Of a stretch of 64,000 bases of DNA, positions 1 through 14,850 are shown piece by piece; positions within the stretch are counted from its first letter, which is position 1, and every line of letters starts with the position of its first letter. The position numbers and the translations under genes are program-made. The stretch is taken from positions 7,378,001 through 7,442,000 of the forward strand of contig OZ024740.1 in the NCBI GenBank assembly GCA_964016885.1. The letters run 5' to 3'. The stretch comes from Eledone cirrhosa. Its lineage: Eukaryota. Under the pieces are notes generated by a model. It searched no databases. It had not been told where the DNA came from and saw only the letters and a list, made by a program, of their open reading frames with translations.

Positions 1-3000
1 TCTATTGATATGTCAGTTTCTATTGGTATATCAGTTTGGATTGGTATATCAGATTCGATTATATGTCAGTTTCGATTGGTATATAAGTTTCTATTGGTAT
101 ATCAGTTTCCATAGGTATGTCAGATTCGATTGGAATGTCAGTTTCTATAGGTATATCAGTTTCGATTGGTATATCAGTTTCGATTAGTATGTCAGTTTCT
201 ATTGGTATGTCATTTTCGATTAGTATATCAATTTCTATTGATATGTCAGTTTCGATTGGTATGTCAGATTCTATTAGTATATCAGTTTCGATTGGTATAT
301 AAGTTTCTATTTGTATATCAGTTTCCATAGGTATGTCAGATTCTATTGGAATGTCAGTTTCTATTGTTATATCACTTTCGATTGGTATATCAGTTTCAAT
401 TATTATGTCAATTTCCATTGGTATATCAGTTTCGATTGTTATGTCAGTTTCGATTAGTATGTCAATTTCTATTAGTATGTCACTTTCTATTGGTATATCA
501 GTTTCGATTGCTATGTCACTTTCGATTGGTATGTCAGTTTTGATTGGTATATAGCAGTTTCCAGTGGTTTATCAGAGTCTCTATTGCTATATCAGTTTCT
601 ATTGGTATGTCAGTTGCGATTGGTATGTCAGTTTCTATTGGTATATCATTTTCGATTGGTATGTCAGTTTCGATTGGTATATCAGTTTCTATTGGGTTGA
701 CAGGTTCGATTGGTATATCAGTTTCGATTGGTATGTCAGTTTTGATTCGTATGTCAGTTTCGAATAGTATGTCAGTTATGATTATTATATCAGTTACTAT
801 TGGTATGTCAGTTTCGATTGGTATATCGGTTTCTATTAGTATGTCAGTTTCTGTTGGTATATCAGTTTCGATTGTTATGTAAGTTTCGATTAGTATATCA
901 GTTTCTATTGGTATGTCAGTTTCTATTGGTATATCAGCTTCGATTGGTATGTCAGTTTCTATTGGTATATCAGTTTCTATTGGTATGTCAGTTTCGATTG
1001 GTATGTCAGTTTTTATAGGTATATCAGTTTGATTGGTATGTCGGTGTCGATTGGTATGTCAGTGTCGATTATTATATCAGTTACTATTGGTATGTCAGTT
1101 TCGATTGGTATATCAGTTTCGATTGGTATCTCAGTTTCGATTGGTATGTCATTTCGATTTGTATTTTAGTTTCGATTGGTATGTCAATTTCGATTGCTAT
1201 GTCAGTTCAGATTAGCATGTCATTTTCTATTGGTATATCAGTTTCGATTGGTATATCAGTTTCGATTGGTATGTCAGTTTCTGTTGGTATATCAGCTACG
1301 ATTGGTATGTCAGTTTCTATTGGAATATCAGTTTCGATTTGTATGTCAGTTCTATTGTTATGTCAGTTTCGATTGGTATGTCAGTTTCTATTTGTATGTC
1401 AGTTTCGATTGATATGTCAATTTCGATTGGTATATCAGTTTCGATTGGTATATCAGTTTCTATTGGTATATCAGTTTCTATTGATATGTCAGTTTCGTTA
1501 GGTATGTCAGTTTCTATTGGTATATCTGTTTCGATTTGTATGTCAGTTCTATTGGTATGTCAGTTTCGATTGGTATGTCAGTTTCGATTGGAATGTCAGT
1601 TTCAATCGGTATATCAGTTTCTATTGGTATGGCAGGTTCGATTGGTATGTTAGTTTCTATTGGTATATCAGTTTCGATTGGTATATCGGTTTTTATTAGT
1701 ATGTAAGTTTCGATATTATGTGAGTTTCGATTGGTATATCAGTTTTGATTCGTATGTCAGTTGCGATTAGTATATCAGTTTCAATTAGTATGTCAGTTTC
1801 TATTGGTATATCAGTTTCGATTGGAATGTCAGTTTCGATTAGTATGTCAATTTCTATTGGTATGTCAGTTTCGATTGGTATATCAGTTTCGATTGGTATA
1901 TCAGTTTCTATTGCTATATCAGTTTCTATTGGTATGTCAGTTTCGATTGGTATGTCAGTTTCTATTGGTATGTCAGTTTCTATTGGTATGTCAGTGTCGA
2001 TTATTATGTCAGTTACTATTGGTATGTCAGTTTCGATCGGTATCTCAGTTTCGATTGGTATGTCAGTTTCGATTGGTATGTCAATTTCGATTGGTATATC
2101 AGTTTTGATAGGTATGTGAGTTTCGATTATTATATCAGTTTCTATTGGTATGTCAGTTTCTATTGGTATGTCAGTTTCCATTGGTATATCAGTTAATATT
2201 GGTATGTCAGTTTCGATAGGTATGTCAGTTTCGATTGGTATGTCAGTTTCTATTGGTATGTCAGTTTCGATTATTATATCAGTTACTATTGGTATGTCAG
2301 TTTCGATTGGTATGTCAGTTTCGATTGGTATATCAGTTTCTATTGGTATGACAGTTTCGATTGGTATATCAGTTTGGATTGGTATGTTAGTTTCCATTGG
2401 TATGTCAGTTTCGATTGGTATGTCAGTTTGGATTGGTATGTCAGTTTTGATTGGTATGTCAATTTCGATTAGTATATCAGCTTCTATTGGTATGTCCGTT
2501 TCTATTGGTATATCAGTTTCCATTGGTATGTCAGTTTCGATCGGTATGTCAGATTCTATTGGTATATCAGTTTCGACTGGTATATCAGTTTTGATTGGTA
2601 TATCAGTTTCTATTGGTATATCAATTTCGATTGGTATATGAGTTTCTATTGGTATGTTAGTTTCTATTGGTATATCAGTTTCGATAGGTATATCAGTTTC
2701 GTTTGGTATGTCAGTTTCTATTGGTATGTCAGTTTCGATTGTTATATCAGTTTCGATTGGTATGTCAGTTTCGATTGGTATGTCAGTGTCAATTGGTATA
2801 TCAATTTTGATTGGTATATCAGTTTCGATTAGTATGTCAGTTTCAATAGGTATGTCAGTTTCTATTGGTATAACAGTTTCGATTGGTATGTCAGTTTCTA
2901 TTGGTATGTCAGTTTCGATTATTATATCAGTTACTATTGGTATGTCAGTTTATATTGGTATATCAGTTTCGATTGTTATGTCAGAGTCGATTAGTATATC

Positions 3001-5009
3001 AGTTTCTATAGGTATGTCAGTTTCTATTGGTATATCACATCCGACTGGTATATCAGTTTTGATTAGAATGTCAGTTTCGATTGGTATTTCAGTTTCTTTT
3101 GGTATATCAGTTTGGATTGATATGTCAGTTTTCGATTAGTATGTCAGTTTCTATTGGTATGTCAGTTTCGATTAGTATATCAGTTTCTATCGGTATATCA
3201 GTTTCGATTGGTATGTCAGTTTCTATTGGTATATCAGTTTCAATTGGTATGTCAGTTTCTATTGGTATATGAATTTCTATTGGTATGTCAGTTTCTATTG
3301 GTATATCAGTTTCGATTGGTATATCAGTTTCGATTGGTATATCAGTTTCTATTCTAATATCAGTTTTGATTGTTATGTCAGTTTCGATTAGTATATCAGT
3401 TTCTATTGGTATGTCATTTTCTATTGGTATATCAGTTTGGATTGGTATATCAGATTCGATTGGTATGTCAGTTTAGATTGGTATGTCAGTTTCGATTGGT
3501 ATATAAGTTTCTATTGGTATATCAGTTTCCATAGAAATGTCAGATTCGATTGGAACGTCAGTTTCTATTTGTATATTAGTTTCGATTTGTATGTCAGTTT
3601 CTATTGTTATATCACTTTCGATTGGTATCTCAGTTTCAATTAGTATGTCAATTTCCCTTGGTATATCAGTTTCGATTGTTATGTCAGTTTCGATTGCTAT
3701 GTCACTTTCGATTGGTATGTCAGTTTCGATTGGTATATCAGTTTCTATTGCTATATAAATTTCTATTGGTATGTCAGTTTCGATTGGTATGTCAGTTTCT
3801 ATTGGTATATCAGTTTCGATTGGTATGTCAGTTTCTATTGGTATGTCAGTTTCTATTATTATATCAGTTTCGATTGGGTTGACAGGTTCGATTGGTATCT
3901 CAGTTTCTATTGGTATGTCAGTTTCGCTTCGTATGTCAGTTTCGATTAGTATGTCAGTTATGATTATTATATCAGTTACTATTGGTATGTCAGTTTCGAT
4001 TGGTATATCGGTTTCTATAAGTATGTCGGTTTCGATAGGTATATCAGTTTCGATTGGTATGGGAGTTTCGATTAGTATATCAGTTTCTATTGGTATGTCA
4101 GTTTCTATTGGTATATCAGCTTCGATTGGTATATCAGTTTCGATTAGTATGTCAGTTTCTATTGGTATGTCAGTTTCGATTGGTATGTCAGTTTCCATTG
4201 GTATATCAGTTATAATTGGTATGTCAGTTTCGATAGGTATGTCAGTTTCCATTGGTATATCAGTTACTATTGGTATGTCAATTTCGATTGGTATGTCAGT
4301 TTCCATTGGTATGTCAGTTTCGATTGGTATATCAGTTTCGATTGGTATGTCAGTTTCTATTGGTATATCAGTTTCGATTAGTATGTCAGTTTCGATTGGT
4401 ATGTCAATTTCAAGTGGTATATCAGTTTTGATTAGTATGTCAGTTTCTATTGGTATATCACTTTCTATTGGTATATCAGTTTCGATTGGTATGTCAGTTT
4501 CGATTGGTATATCAGTTTCGATTGGTATCTCAGTTTTGATTAGTATATTAGTTTCTATTGGTATGTTGGTTTCTATTGGTATATCAGTTTCGATTGGTAT
4601 ATCAGTTTCGATTAGTATGTCAGTTTCTATAGGTATGTCTGTTTCGATTAGTATATCAGTTTCTATTGGTATGTCAGTTTTGATTGGTATGTCAGATTCT
4701 ATTGGTATATCAGTTTCTATTGGTATATCAGTTTCTATTGGTATGTCAGTTTCGATTGGTATGTCAGTTTCTATTGGTATATCAGTTTCGATTTCTATGC
4801 CAGTTTCTATTGGTATGTCAGTTTCGATTGGTATATCAGTTTCGATTGGTATGTCAGTTTCTATTGGTATATCAGTTTCGATTGGTATGTCAGTTTCGAT
4901 TGGTATATCAGTTTCGATTTGTATATCAGTTTCTATTGGTATGTCAGTGTCGAATATTATATCAGTAACTATTGGTATGTCAGTTTCGATTGGTATATCA
5001 GTTTCGATT

Positions 5010-8000
5010 GATATATCAGTTTTCGATTAGTATGTCAGTTTCTATTGCTATTGGTATGTCAGTTTCGATTAGTATATCAGTTTCTATTGGTATATCAGTT
5101 TCGATTGGTATGTCAGTTTCTATTGGTATATCAGTTTTGATTGGTATGTTAGTTTCTATTGGTAAGTCAGCTTCGATTATTATATCAGTTTCTATTGGTA
5201 TGTCAGTTTCGATCGGTATGTCAGTTTTGATTAGCATATCAGTTTCGATTGGTATATCAGTTTCTATTCTGATATCAGTTTCTATTGGTATATCAGTTTG
5301 GATTGGTATATCAGATTCGATTGGTATGTCAGTATCGATTGGTATATAAGTTTCTATTGGTATATCAGTTTCCATAGGTATGTCAGATTCGATTGGAATG
5401 TCAGTTTCTATTGGTATATGACTTTCGATTGGTATATCAGTTTCAATTAGTATGTCAATTTCCATTGGTATATCAGTTTCGATTGTTATCTCAGTTTCGA
5501 TTAGTATGTCAATTTCTATTAGTATGTCAGTTTCTATTGGTATATCAGTTTCGATTGGTATATCAGTTTCAATTAGTATGACAGTTTCTATGGGTATGTC
5601 AGTTTCGATTGGTATGTCAGATTCTATTGGTATATCAGTTTCGATTGGTATATCAGTTTCTATTGGTATATCAGTTTCTATTGGTATATCAGTTTCTATT
5701 GTTATGTCAGTTTCGATTGGTATGTCAGTTTCTATTGGTATGTCAGTCTCGATTGGTATATCAGTTTCGATTGGTATGTCAGTTTCTATTGTTATATCAG
5801 TTTCGATTGGTATGTCAGTTTCTATTGGTATATCAGTTTCGATTGGTATGTCAGTTTCGATTGGTACATCAGTTTCGATTGGTATGTCAGTTTTTATTGG
5901 TATATCAGTTTCTATTGGTATGTCAGTTTCTAATGTTTTATCAGTTTCGATTGGTATATCAGTTTCGATTAGTATGTCAGTTTCTATTGGTATGTCAGTT
6001 TCGATTAGTATATCAGTTTCTATTGGTATGTCAGTTTCGATTGGTATGTCAGATTCTATTGTTATATCAGTTTCGATTGGTATATCAGTTTTGAATGGTA
6101 TATCAGTTTCGATTGGTATATCAGATCCTATTGGTATATCTGTTTCTATTGGTATGTCAGTTTTGATTGGTATATCAGTTTCTATTGGTACGTCAGTTTC
6201 GATTGGTATGTCAATCGAAAATTTGTATATCAGTTTCGATTGGTATGTCAGTTTCTATTGGTATGTCAGTTTCGATATTTATATCAGTTACTATTGGTAT
6301 GTCAGTTTCAATTGTTTTGTCAGTTTCTATTGTTATATGTGTTTCGATTGGTGTGTCAGTTTCGATTGGTATGTCAGTTTAGATTGGTATGTCAGTTTAG
6401 ATTGGTATATCAGTTTGGATGGATATATCAGTTTCTATTGGTATGACAGTTTCGATTGGTAAATCAGTTTCGATTGGTATGTCAGTTTGGATTGGTATGT
6501 CAGTTTGGATTGGTATGTCAGTTTCTATTGGTATAACAGTTTCGATTGGTATGTCAGTTTCTATTGGTATATCAGTTTGGATTGATATATCAGTTTTCGA
6601 TTAGTATGTCAGTTTCTATTGGTATGTCAGTTTCGATTAGTATATCAGTTTCTATTGGTATGTCAGTTTCGATTGGTATGTCAGTTTCTATTGGTATATC
6701 AGTTTTGATTGGTATGTTAGTTTCTATTGGTAAGTCAGCTTCGATTATTATATCAGTTTCTATTGGTATGTCAGTTTCGATCGGTATGTCAGTTTTGATT
6801 AGCATATCAGTTTCGATTGGTATATCAGTTTCTATTCTGATATCAGTTTCTATTGGTATATCAGTTTGGATTGGTATATCAGATTCGATTGGTATGTCAG
6901 TTTCGATTGGTATGTCAGTATTGATTGGTATATAAGTTTCTATTGGTATATCAGTTTCCATAGGTATGTCAGATTCGATTGGAATGTCAGTTTCTATTGG
7001 TATAAGACTTTTGATTGGTATATCAGTTTCAATTAGTATGTCAATTTCCATTGGTATATCAGTTTCGATTGTTATGTCAGTTTCGATTAGTATGTCAATT
7101 TCTATTAGTATGTCAGTTTCTATTGGTATATCAGTTTCGATTGGTATATCAGTTTCAATTAGTATGACAGTTTCTATGGGTATGTCAGTTTCGATTGGTA
7201 TGTCAGATTCTATTGGTATATCAGTTTCGATTGGTATATCAGTTTCTATTGGTATATCAGTTTCTATTGGTATATCAGTTTCTATTGTTATGTCAGTTTC
7301 GATTGGTATGTCAGTTTCTATTTGTATGTCAGTCTCGATTGGTATATCAGTTTCGATTGGTATGTCAGTTTCTATTGTTATATCAGTTTCGATTGGTATG
7401 TCAGTTTCTATTGGTATATCAGTTTCGATTGGTATGTCAGTTTCGATTGGTACATCAGTTTCGATTGGTATGTCAGTTTTTATTGGTATATCAGTTTCTA
7501 TTGGTATGTCAGTTTCTAATGTTTTATCAGTTTCGATTGGTATATCAGTTTCGATTAGTATGTCAGTTTCTATTGGTATGTCAGTTTCGATTAGTATATC
7601 AGTTTCTATTGGTATGTCAGTTTCGATTGGTATGTCAGATTCTATTGTTATATCAGTTTCGATTGGTATATCAGTTTTGAATGGTATATCAGTTTCGATT
7701 GGTATATCAGATCCTATTGGTATATCTGTTTCTATTGGTATGTCAGTTTTGATTGGTATATCAGTTTCTATTGGTACGTCAGTTTCGATTGGTGTGTCAA
7801 TCGAAAATTTGTATATCAGTTTCGATTGGTATGTCAGTTTCTATTGGTATGTCAGTTTCGATATTTATATCAGTTACTATTGGTATGTCAGTTTCAATTG
7901 GTTTGTCAGTTTCTATTGTTATATGTGTTTCGATTGGTGTGTCAGTTTCGATTGGTATGTCAGTTTAGATTGGTATGTCAGTTTAGATTGGTATATCAGT

Positions 8001-8010
8001 TTCTATTGGT
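5010..8010. repeat. Higher-order tandem duplication within the satellite, period about 1586 bp
   Basis: Marker TCAATCGAAAATT at 6211 and 7797. Near-identical ORF translations at 5609..6094 and 7195..7680 (offset 1586). Boundaries approximate. Confidence 0.9.
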
Positions 8011-11000
8011 ATGACAGTTTCGATGGGTATATCAGTTTCGATTAGTATGTCTGTTTCTATTGGTATATCAGTTTCTATTGGTATGTCAGTTTCGATAGGT
8101 ATGTCAGTTTCTATTGGTATAACAGTTTCGATTGATATATCAGTTTCGATTGGTATGTCAGTTTCGATTAGTATATCAGTTTCTATTGGTATATCAGTTT
8201 CTATTGGTATGTCAGTTTTGATTGGTATATCAGTTTTGATTAGTATATCAGTTTCGATTGGTATGTCAGTTTCGATTGTTATATCAGTTTCGATTGGTAT
8301 ATCAGTTTCTATTGCTATATCAGTTTCTATTGGTATGTCAGTTTCGATTGGTATGTCAGTTTCTATTGCTATATCAGTTTCGATTTGTATGTCAGTCTCT
8401 ATTGGTATGTCAGTTTCGATTGGTATATCAGTTTCGATTGGTATGTCAGTTTCTATTGGTATATCAGTTTTGATTGGTATGTCAGTTTCGATTGGTATAT
8501 CAGTTTCGATAGGTATATCAGTTTCTATTGGTATGTCATTGTTGATTATTATATCAGTTTCTATTGGTATGACAGTTTCGATTGGTATATCAGTTTGGAT
8601 TGCTATGTCAGTTTCGATTGGTATGTCAGTTTCGATTGGTATGTCAGTTCCGATTGGTATGTCAATTTCGATAGGTATGTCAGTTTCTATTGGTATAACA
8701 GTTTCAATTGGTATGTCTGTTTCTATTGGTATGTCAGTTTCGATTATTATATCAGCTACTATTGGTATGTCAGTTTATATTGGTATATCAGTTTCTATCG
8801 GTATGTCAGTTTCTATTGGTATATCACTTTCGACTGGTATATCAGTGTTGATTAGAATGTCAGTTTCGATTGGTATTTCAGTTTCTATTGGTATATCAGT
8901 TTGGATTGATATATCAGTTTTCGATTAGTATGTCAGTTTCTATTGGTATGTCAGTTTCTATTGGTATATCAGTTTCAATTGGTAAGTCAGTTTCTATTGG
9001 TATATGAGTTTCTATTGGTATGTCAGTTTCTATTGGTATATCAGTTTCAATTCGTATGTTAGTTTCTATTGGTAATTCAGCTTCGATTAGTATATCAGTT
9101 TCTATTGGTAAGTCAGTTTCGATTGGTATGTCAGTTTCGATTGGTATATCAGTTTCGATTGGTATATCAGTTTCTATTCTTATATCAGTTTCTATTGGTA
9201 TGTCAGTTTTGATTAGTATATCAGTTTCGATTGGTATGTCAGTTTCTATTGGTATATCACTTTCAATTAGTATATCAGTTTCAATTAGTATGTCAATTTC
9301 CATTGGTATATCAGTATCAATTGTTATGTCAGTTTCGATTAGTATGATAATTTCTATTAGTATGTCACTTTCTAGTGGTATATCAGTTTCGATTGCTATG
9401 TCACTTTCTATTGGTATGTCAGTTTCGATTGGTATATAGCAGTTTCGATTTGTATATTACTTTCTATTGGTATATCAGTTTCTATTGGTATGTCAGTTTC
9501 GATTGGTATGTCAGTTTCTGTTGGTATATCATTTTTCGATTGGTATGTCAGTTTCTGTTGGTATGTCAGTTTCCATTGGTATATCAGTTACTATTGGTAT
9601 GTCAGGTTCGATTGGTATGTCAGTTTCCATTGGTATATCAGTTTCTATTGGTATGTCAGTTTGGATTGGTATGTCAGTTTCGATTGGTATGTCAGTTTCG
9701 ATTGGTATGTCAGTTTCGATTGATATGTCAATTTCGAGTGGTATCTCAGTTTTGATTATTATGTCAGTTTCTATTGGTATATCAGTTTCTATTGGTATGT
9801 CAGTTTCTATTGGTATGTCAGTTTCGATTGGTATATCAGTTTTGATTGGTATATCAGTTTCTATTGGTATGTGAGTGTCGATTATTATATCAGTAACTAG
9901 TGGTATGTCAGTTTCGATTGGTATGTCAGTTTCGATTGGTATATCAGTTTCGATTGGTATGTCAATTTCTATTGATATATTAGTTTCGATTAGTATATGA
10001 GTTTCTATTGGTATATCAGTATCTACTGCGATGTCAGTTTCGATTGGTATATCAGTTTCTATTGGTATAACAGTTTTGATTGGTATGTCAGTTTCTATTG
10101 GTATGTCAGTTTCAATTATTATATCAGTTACTATTGGTATGTCAGTTTCGATTGGTATGTCAGTTTATATTGGTATATCAGTTTCTATTGGTGTGACAGT
10201 TTCGATTGGTATATCAGTTTGGATTGGTATGTCAGTTTGGATTGGTATGTCAGTTTGGATTGGTATGTCAGTTTCGATTGGTATGTAAGTTTCAATTGGT
10301 ATATCAGTTTCGATTAGTATGTCAGTTTCGATTAGTATATCAGTTTCTATTGGTATATCAGTTTCGATTGGTATATCTGTTTCGATTGGTATATCAGTTT
10401 CGATTAGTATGTCAGTTTCTATTGGAATGTCAGTTTCAATTATTATATCAGTTAATATTGGTATGTCAGTTTATATTGGTATATTAGTTTCTATTGGTAT
10501 GACAGTTTCGATTGGTATATCAGTTTCGATTGGTATGTCAGTTTATATTGGTATGTCAGATTCGATTAGTATATCAGTTTTGATTAGAATGTCAGTTTCG
10601 ATTGGTATTTCAGTTTCTATTGGTATATCAGTTTGGATTGATATATCAGTTTTCGATTAGTAAGTCTGTTTCTATTGGTATGTCAGTTTCGATTAGTATA
10701 TCAGTTTCTATTGGTATGTCAGTTTCGATTGGTATGTCAGTTTCTATTGGTATATCAGTTTTGATTGGTATATCAGTCTCGATTGGTATATCAGTTTCAA
10801 TTGGTATGTCAGTTTCTATTGGTATATCAGTTTCTATTGGTATGTCAGTTTCTATTGATATATCAGTTTCAATTGGTATGTTAGTTTCTATTGGTAAGTC
10901 AGCTTCGATTAGTATATCAGTTTCTATTGGTATGTTAGCTTCGATCGGTATGTCAGTTTCGATTGGTATATCAGTTTCGATTGGTATATCAGTTTCTAAT

Positions 11001-12099
11001 CTTATATCAGTTTCGATTGGTATGTCAGTTTCGATTAGTATATCAGTTTCGATTGGTATGTCAGATTCTATTGGTATATCAGTTTGGATTGGTATATCAG
11101 ATTCGATTGGTATGTCAGTTTCGATTGGTATGTCAGTTTCGATTGGTATGTTAGTTTCGATTGGTATATAAGTTTCTATTGGTATATCTGATTCCATAGG
11201 TATGTCAGATTCGATTGGAATGTCAGTTTCTATTGGTATATCAGTTTCGATTGGTATGTCAGTTTCTATTGGTATATGACTTTCGATTGGTATATCTGTT
11301 TCAATTAGCATGTCAACTTCCATCGGTATATCAGTTTCGATTGTTATGTCAGTTTCGATTAGTATGTCAATTTCTATTAGTATGTCAGTTTCTATTAGTA
11401 TAACAGTTTCAATTGCTATGTCAGTTTCGATTGGTATGTCAGTTTAAATTGGTATATAGCAGTTTCGATTGGTATATCAGTTTCTATTGCTATATCAGTT
11501 TCTATTGGTATGTCAGTTTCGATTGGTATGTCAGTTTCTATTGGTATATCATTTTCGATGGTATGTCAGTTTCTATTGGTATGTCAGTGTCGATTATTAT
11601 ATCAGTTACTATTGGTATGTCAGTTTCAATCGGTATGTCAGTTTCGATTGGTATATCAGTTTCTATTGGTATGTCAGTTTCGATTGGTATGTCAGTTTCG
11701 ATTAGTATGTTAGTTTCTATTGGTATATCAGTTTCGATTGGTATATCAGTTTCTATTAGTATATCAGTTTCTATTGGTATATCAGTTTCGACTGATATGT
11801 CAGTTGCCATTGGTATATCAGTTACTATTCATATGCCAGTATCGAGAGGTATGTCAATTTCGATTGGTATGTCAGTTTCTTTTGGTATGTCAGTTTTGAT
11901 TATTATATCAGTTATTATTGGTATGTCAGTTTCTTTTGGTATGTCAGTTTTGATTATTATATCAGTTATTATTGGTATGTCAGTTAGGATTGGTATGTCA
12001 GTTTCGATTGGTATGTCAGTTTGGACTGGTATGTCAGTTTCGATTGTTATATCAGTTTTGATTAGTATGTCAGTTTCTTTTGGTATATCAGTTTCGATT

Positions 12100-14850
12100 G
12101 GTATATCAGTTTCGATTGGTATGTCAGTTTCGATTGGTATATCAGTTTCGATTGGTATGTCAGTTTCGATTAGTATATCAGTTTCTATTGGTATGTCCGT
12201 ATCTATTGGTATATCAGTTTCGATTGGTATATCAGTTTCGATTATTATGTCAGTTTCTATTGGTATGTCAGTTTCGATTAGTATATCAGTTTCTATTGGT
12301 ATGTCAGTTTCTATTGGTATATCAGATTCTATTGGTATATCAGTTTTGATTGGTATATCAGTTTCGATTGGTATATCAGTTTCTATTGGTATGTCAGTTT
12401 TGATTGGTATATCAGTTTCGATCGGTATGTCAGTTTCTATTGGTATGTCAGTTTCGATTAGTATATCAGTTTCTATTGGTATGTCAGTTTCGATTGGTAT
12501 ATCAGATTCTATTGGTATATCAGTTTTGATTGGTATATCAGTTTCGATTGGTATATCAGTTTCTATTGGTATGTTAGTTTCTATTGGTATATTAGTTTCG
12601 ATTAGTATGTCAGTTTCTATTGCTATATCAGTTTCTATTGGTATGTCACTTTCGATTGGTATGTCAGTTTCTATTGGTGTGTCAGTTTCGATTGGTATGT
12701 CAGTTTCGATTGGTATATCAGTTCGACTGGTATGTCAGTTTCTATTGGTATGTAAGTTTCGATTATTATATCAGTTAGTATTAGTATGTCAGTTTCGATG
12801 GGTTTGACAGTTTCGATTGGTATATCAGTTTCTATTGGTATGACAGTTTCGATTGGTATAACAGTTTCGATTGGTATATCAGTTTCTATTGGTATAACAG
12901 TTTTGATTAGTATGTCAGTTTCTATTGGTATGTCAGTTTCAATTATTATATCAGTTACTATTGGTATGTCAGTTTCGATTGGTATGTCAGTTTATATTGG
13001 TATATCAGTTTCTATTGGTGTGACAGTTTCGATTGGTATATCAGTTTGGATTGGTATGTCAGTTTGGATTGGTATGTCAGTTTGGATTGGTATGTCAGTT
13101 TGGATTGGTATGTCAGTTTCGATTGGTATGTCAATTTCGATTGGTATATCAGTTTTGATTAGTATGTCAGTTTCTATTGGTATATCAGTTTCGATCGGTA
13201 TATCAGTTTCGATTGGTATATCAGTTTCTATTGGTATGTCAGTTTCGATTAATATATCAGTTTCTATTGGTATGTCAGTTTCTATTGGTATATCAGTTTC
13301 GATTGGTATATCAGTTTCGATTAGTATGTCAGTTTCTATTGGAATGTCAGTTTCGATTAGTATATCAGTTTCTATTGGTATGTCAGTTTCGATTGGTATG
13401 TCAGATTCTATTGGTATATCAGTTTCGATTGGTATATCAGTTTCGATTGGTATATCAGTTTCGATTGGTATATCAGTTTCTATTGGTATGTCAGTTTTGA
13501 TTGGTATATCAGTTTCTATTGGTATGTCAGTTTCGATTAGTATGTCAATTTCCATTGGTATATCAGTTTCGATTGGTATGTCAGTTTCTATTGGTATGTC
13601 AGTTTTGATTTTTATATCAGTTACAATTGGTATGTCAGTTTCGATAGGTATGTCAGTTTCTATTGTTATATGTGTTTCGATTGGTATGTCAGTTTCGATT
13701 AGTATATCAGTTTCTATTGGACTGTCAGTTTCTATTGATATATCGGTTTCGATTGGTATGTCAGTTTCGATTGTTATATCAGTTTCGATTGGTATGTCAG
13801 TTTCGATTAGTATATCAGTTTCTATTGGTATGTCCGTATCTATTGGTATATCAGTTTCGATTCGTATATCAGTTTCGATTATTATGTCAGTTTCTATTGG
13901 TATGTCAGTTTCGATTAGTATATCAGTTTCTATTGGTATGTCAGTTTCGATTGGTATATCAGATTCTATTGGTATATCAGTTTTGATTGGTATATCAGTT
14001 TCGATTGGTATATCAGTTTCTATTGGTATGTCAGTTTTGATTGGTATATCAGTTTCGATCGGTATGTCAGTTTCTATTGGTATGTCAGTTTCGATTAGTA
14101 TATCAGTTTCTATTGGTATGTCAGTTTCGATTGGTATATCAGATTCTATTGGTATATCAGTTTTGATTGGTATATCAGTTTCGATTGGTATATCAGTTTC
14201 TATTGGTATGTTAGTTTCTATTGGTATATCAGTTTCGATAGGTATATCAGTTTCGTTTGGTATGTCAGTTTCGATTCGTATGTTAATTTCGATTGGTATA
14301 TTAGTTTCGATTAGTATGTCAGTTTCTATTGCTATATCAGTTTCTATTGGTATGTCACTTTCGATTGGTATATCAGTTTCTATTGGTGTGTCAGTTTCGA
14401 TTGGTATGTCAGTTTCGATTGGTATATCAGTTCGATTGGTATATAAGTTTCGATTATTATATCAGTTACTATTAGTATGTCAGTTTCGATGGGTTTGACA
14501 GTTTCGATTGGTATATCAGTTTCTATTGGTATGACAGTTTCGATTGGTATATCAGTTTCGATTGGTATATCAGTTTCTATTGGTATAACAGTTTTGATTA
14601 GTATGTCAGTTTCTATTGGTATGTCAGTTTCAATTATTATATCAGTTACTATTGGTATGTCAGTTTCGATTGGTATGTCAGTTTATATTGGTATATCAGT
14701 TTCTATTGGTGTGACAGTTTCGATTGGTATATCAGTTTGGATTGGTATGTCAGTTTGGATTGGTATGTCAGTTTGGATTGGTATGTCAGTTTCGATTGGT
14801 ATGTCAGTTTCGATTGGTATGTCAATTTCGATTGGTATATCAGTTTCGAT
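12100..14850. repeat. Higher-order duplication within the satellite, period about 1640-1690 bp
   Basis: Markers TCCGTATCT at 12196 and 13833, and GATGGGTTTGACAG at 12797 and 14488. ORFs starting at 12786 and 14477 begin almost identically. Boundaries approximate. Confidence 0.8.
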
